Part shown: piece after piece, positions 4,267-6,124 of the stretch | How the letters are laid out: each line of letters starts with the position of its first letter | Position numbering within the stretch: the first letter of the stretch is position 1 | NCBI GenBank assembly: GCA_027031765.1 | Contig: JALVPN010000053.1 | Coordinates: 1 to 6,124, forward strand | Source: Promethearchaeota archaeon | Lineage (GTDB): Archaea; Asgardarchaeota; Thorarchaeia; Thorarchaeales; Thorarchaeaceae | Direction of reading: 5' to 3' | DNA: 6,124 nt | Made by a program: the position numbers and the translations under genes | Notes under the pieces: generated by a model | Databases searched by the model: none | What the model saw: only the letters and a program-made list of their open reading frames with translations | Told to the model about the DNA's origin: nothing

Positions 4267-6124
4267 ATGGGCGGTGGAGAATACGTCGAACTTCAAACCA
4301 ATCACGTGATTGTCGCAGCCGTCCGACGTATGCTACGGTCAGAGAACCAGCGGCAGTCGTCGATAACATACAACACGGGAGTCAAACAGCGCAGGGGACG
4401 AGATTTCTATATGACAGCACCGATGCACTATTTCGTGACTGAGGACGAAATGCGCACCATTGACAGAGCCAATGCTGTGTTTGAGAGTGAGAGACCTCAG
4501 CTCGCTATAGTTGGCCACGACATTATTGGTTGGGCTCTCCGTATCAATACGTCGTTGTGCGAGGTTCTCAAGAATGGAGACCATCGCAGGCGCAGGAGGC
4601 AGAGGCCGTCCCTTGTCTGGGTCGAGAGGTCGCATAAGTGCCCACTAGGCAGGATTAGCAGGACCTTCTTGGAGCTTGCTGTACTTGCCCGGGGCAAAGA
4701 CAAGCTCTGGAGAACAAAATACAGGACAACAAGAACACACAGGAAAGGAGACCCATACGAAGAGAGGGCCATTGAGGGGTCGAGGCTCTTCGTGACCCTT
4801 GGCCTCTGCAATGACAGTTCTGACTTTGCACCTCCATTTGTCGTCCCTCGTGGCTTCATTTCTGGCGTCGTGGCGGGGGACAGTTCGAGTGGGGAATATG
4901 TGGATAGAGAGACCCTAGTCGAACTGGGTCTTCTAGACGAGTCCTACCGGCCCACAGGACTCCTGAAAGCCATGGTCAACGTCTTCGAGAGATGGTGGAT
5001 TTCAGAGGGGATGATTGCCCACCCCGAAGAGATTGGGCCTATGGCGAGCTATGTCCCCATAGATGTAATCCCATATGTGGTCGGTCAGTCAGGTTGCGAG
5101 ATCCCAACTGCTGACATTGCCCTTTTGTACTCGCAGAGTGTGGAGGGCGTGGAAAGGGCACTACAGAGGACTATCGACCGGCATCTAGTTGTAGACGCCG
5201 AGCTCGACACCGCCAACAGAACGCTCAGACCCATCAGTCAGGTTGGTGGGCCAAGAAGGGTCTCGTACCGTGACCTCGTCAAGGCGTACGCCAGGAGTCC
5301 CGCGTGGGAACACTATTTCAACAACTATTCCGACGACTATAGTCTGCTCCGTATCCGTGCTCCATTGGTGACCGCCACCGCTGCTCAGATTGCAGCGGCG
5401 GAGTCTGGTCTCTGGGTAATAGAGGCACCAAAGGGTTGGGGCAAGACGGGGACGTTGTTGCAGATTGCACAGCTCTTGGAGAGTAAGGAAGCACCTCTTG
5501 CGCAGTTCAGGCCCGGACCATCCAAGTTGAGGCTAGCTGCTAGGACGGTGGTGCTCTGCGATGACCTCCATCGCCTATCTCCCAAGTCACTGGAAGGTTT
5601 CCTGAATCTAGTCGAGCGAGGATACAGAGCGGTCGCCACACTGTCAACTGAGTTCGCACGGGAGCTAAAGGACCGGATTAGGAGGCTCGAGTATGGACAT
5701 GTCTGGAAGGGCTCTCATCCTGTCTTGCTGAGCCCCTTGAGTGAAGCTGATCTCAAGATGATGATAGAAAGGACGACTCCGGATGAATCTGCCCGATTGG
5801 GAACTGGAATCAATGACAATCTCGTCCGCGTGGCGCAGGAGTTGGGTGGTAGTCCCGACATCGTTGCGTGGCTATCGTTTGAACGGACAACAATGCGCTC
5901 TCCAATACCTTACGAGTTCTATGACCGTTTCTTCGTGCTGCTCGAAATCATACCCCTGCTCCTTGAAGTGGCAGACAACACCGACGCGGAGTGGGACGAA
6001 CATGAAACAGCCGCACTAGCACTCTCACATACATTGGGGCCCTTCCTGGACAAGGAAGGCCTGAATCGTATCCTGCTTACTGTTGCGGAAACCACTGGGA
6101 CATCTTCCAGACCTACGCTATTCC
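4267..6124 (+). CDS. Large STAND-class P-loop NTPase (NB-ARC/NACHT-like module) with an uncharacterised N-terminal region; truncated by the right window edge (>619 aa)
   Basis: Stop-free frame from ATG 4267 (GGTGA motifs at 4250-4254 and 4258-4262 upstream) to the window end. Walker A LWVIE-APKGWGKT (5425-5448), Walker B VVLCDDLH (5548-5571), sensor-like AVATLST, 'VLLSPLSEADL' strand-helix, and a GxP motif (LGGSP, GSP at 5848-5856) in the helical domain. This order of motifs is characteristic of STAND NTPases. Confidence 0.82.
   Translation, partial: MGGGEYVELQTNHVIVAAVRRMLRSENQRQSSITYNTGVKQRRGRDFYMTAPMHYFVTEDEMRTIDRANAVFESERPQLAIVGHDIIGWALRINTSLCEVLKNGDHRRRRRQRPSLVWVERSHKCPLGRISRTFLELAVLARGKDKLWRTKYRTTRTHRKGDPYEERAIEGSRLFVTLGLCNDSSDFAPPFVVPRGFISGVVAGDSSSGEYVDRETLVELGLLDESYRPTGLLKAMVNVFERWWISEGMIAHPEEIGPMASYVPIDVIPYVVGQSGCEIPTADIALLYSQSVEGVERALQRTIDRHLVVDAELDTANRTLRPISQVGGPRRVSYRDLVKAYARSPAWEHYFNNYSDDYSLLRIRAPLVTATAAQIAAAESGLWVIEAPKGWGKTGTLLQIAQLLESKEAPLAQFRPGPSKLRLAARTVVLCDDLHRLSPKSLEGFLNLVERGYRAVATLSTEFARELKDRIRRLEYGHVWKGSHPVLLSPLSEADLKMMIERTTPDESARLGTGINDNLVRVAQELGGSPDIVAWLSFERTTMRSPIPYEFYDRFFVLLEIIPLLLEVADNTDAEWDEHETAALALSHTLGPFLDKEGLNRILLTVAETTGTSSRPTLF

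Noticed and set aside
4117-6019. ORF-track entries inside the micro-gene and STAND gene (4117-4305, 4151-4369, 4339-4635, 4497-4859, 4655-4837, 5385-5639, 5783-6019)
   Set aside because: Shadows of the long plus-strand frame 4267->6124 and the 40-aa gene.
1-6124. CRISPR array, tRNA/rRNA genes, transposase or integrase
   Set aside because: No regularly spaced repeats, cloverleaf structure, or DDE/tyrosine-recombinase motifs were seen on either strand by eye.

Overview
A prokaryotic accessory region, probably archaeal (inferred from GGTGA/GGAGGTGAT ribosome-binding sites and archaeal-style AbrB/PIN and CPxCG genes). It looks like a defence/toxin-antitoxin island. Left to right: (1) N-terminal 256 codons of an ABC/SMC-type AAA_21-like ATPase running off the left edge (minus strand; missing from the ORF track); (2) a probable decayed VapC/PIN toxin gene; (3) an intact AbrB/MazE/SpoVT-family antitoxin; (4) a 44-aa CPxCG zinc-ribbon micro-protein (not in the track); (5) a PemK/MazF-family toxin with no small MazE partner, directly downstream of an unrecognised 313-aa helical protein; (6) a 40-aa SMP/LEA-like micro-protein with a perfect Shine-Dalgarno and a terminator (not in the track); (7) a >619-aa STAND-type P-loop NTPase running off the right edge (not in the track), with an unrecognised ~380-aa N-terminal region containing a PCI-like winged-helix pattern. 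All family calls come from manual translation and motif recognition; no database searches were run.
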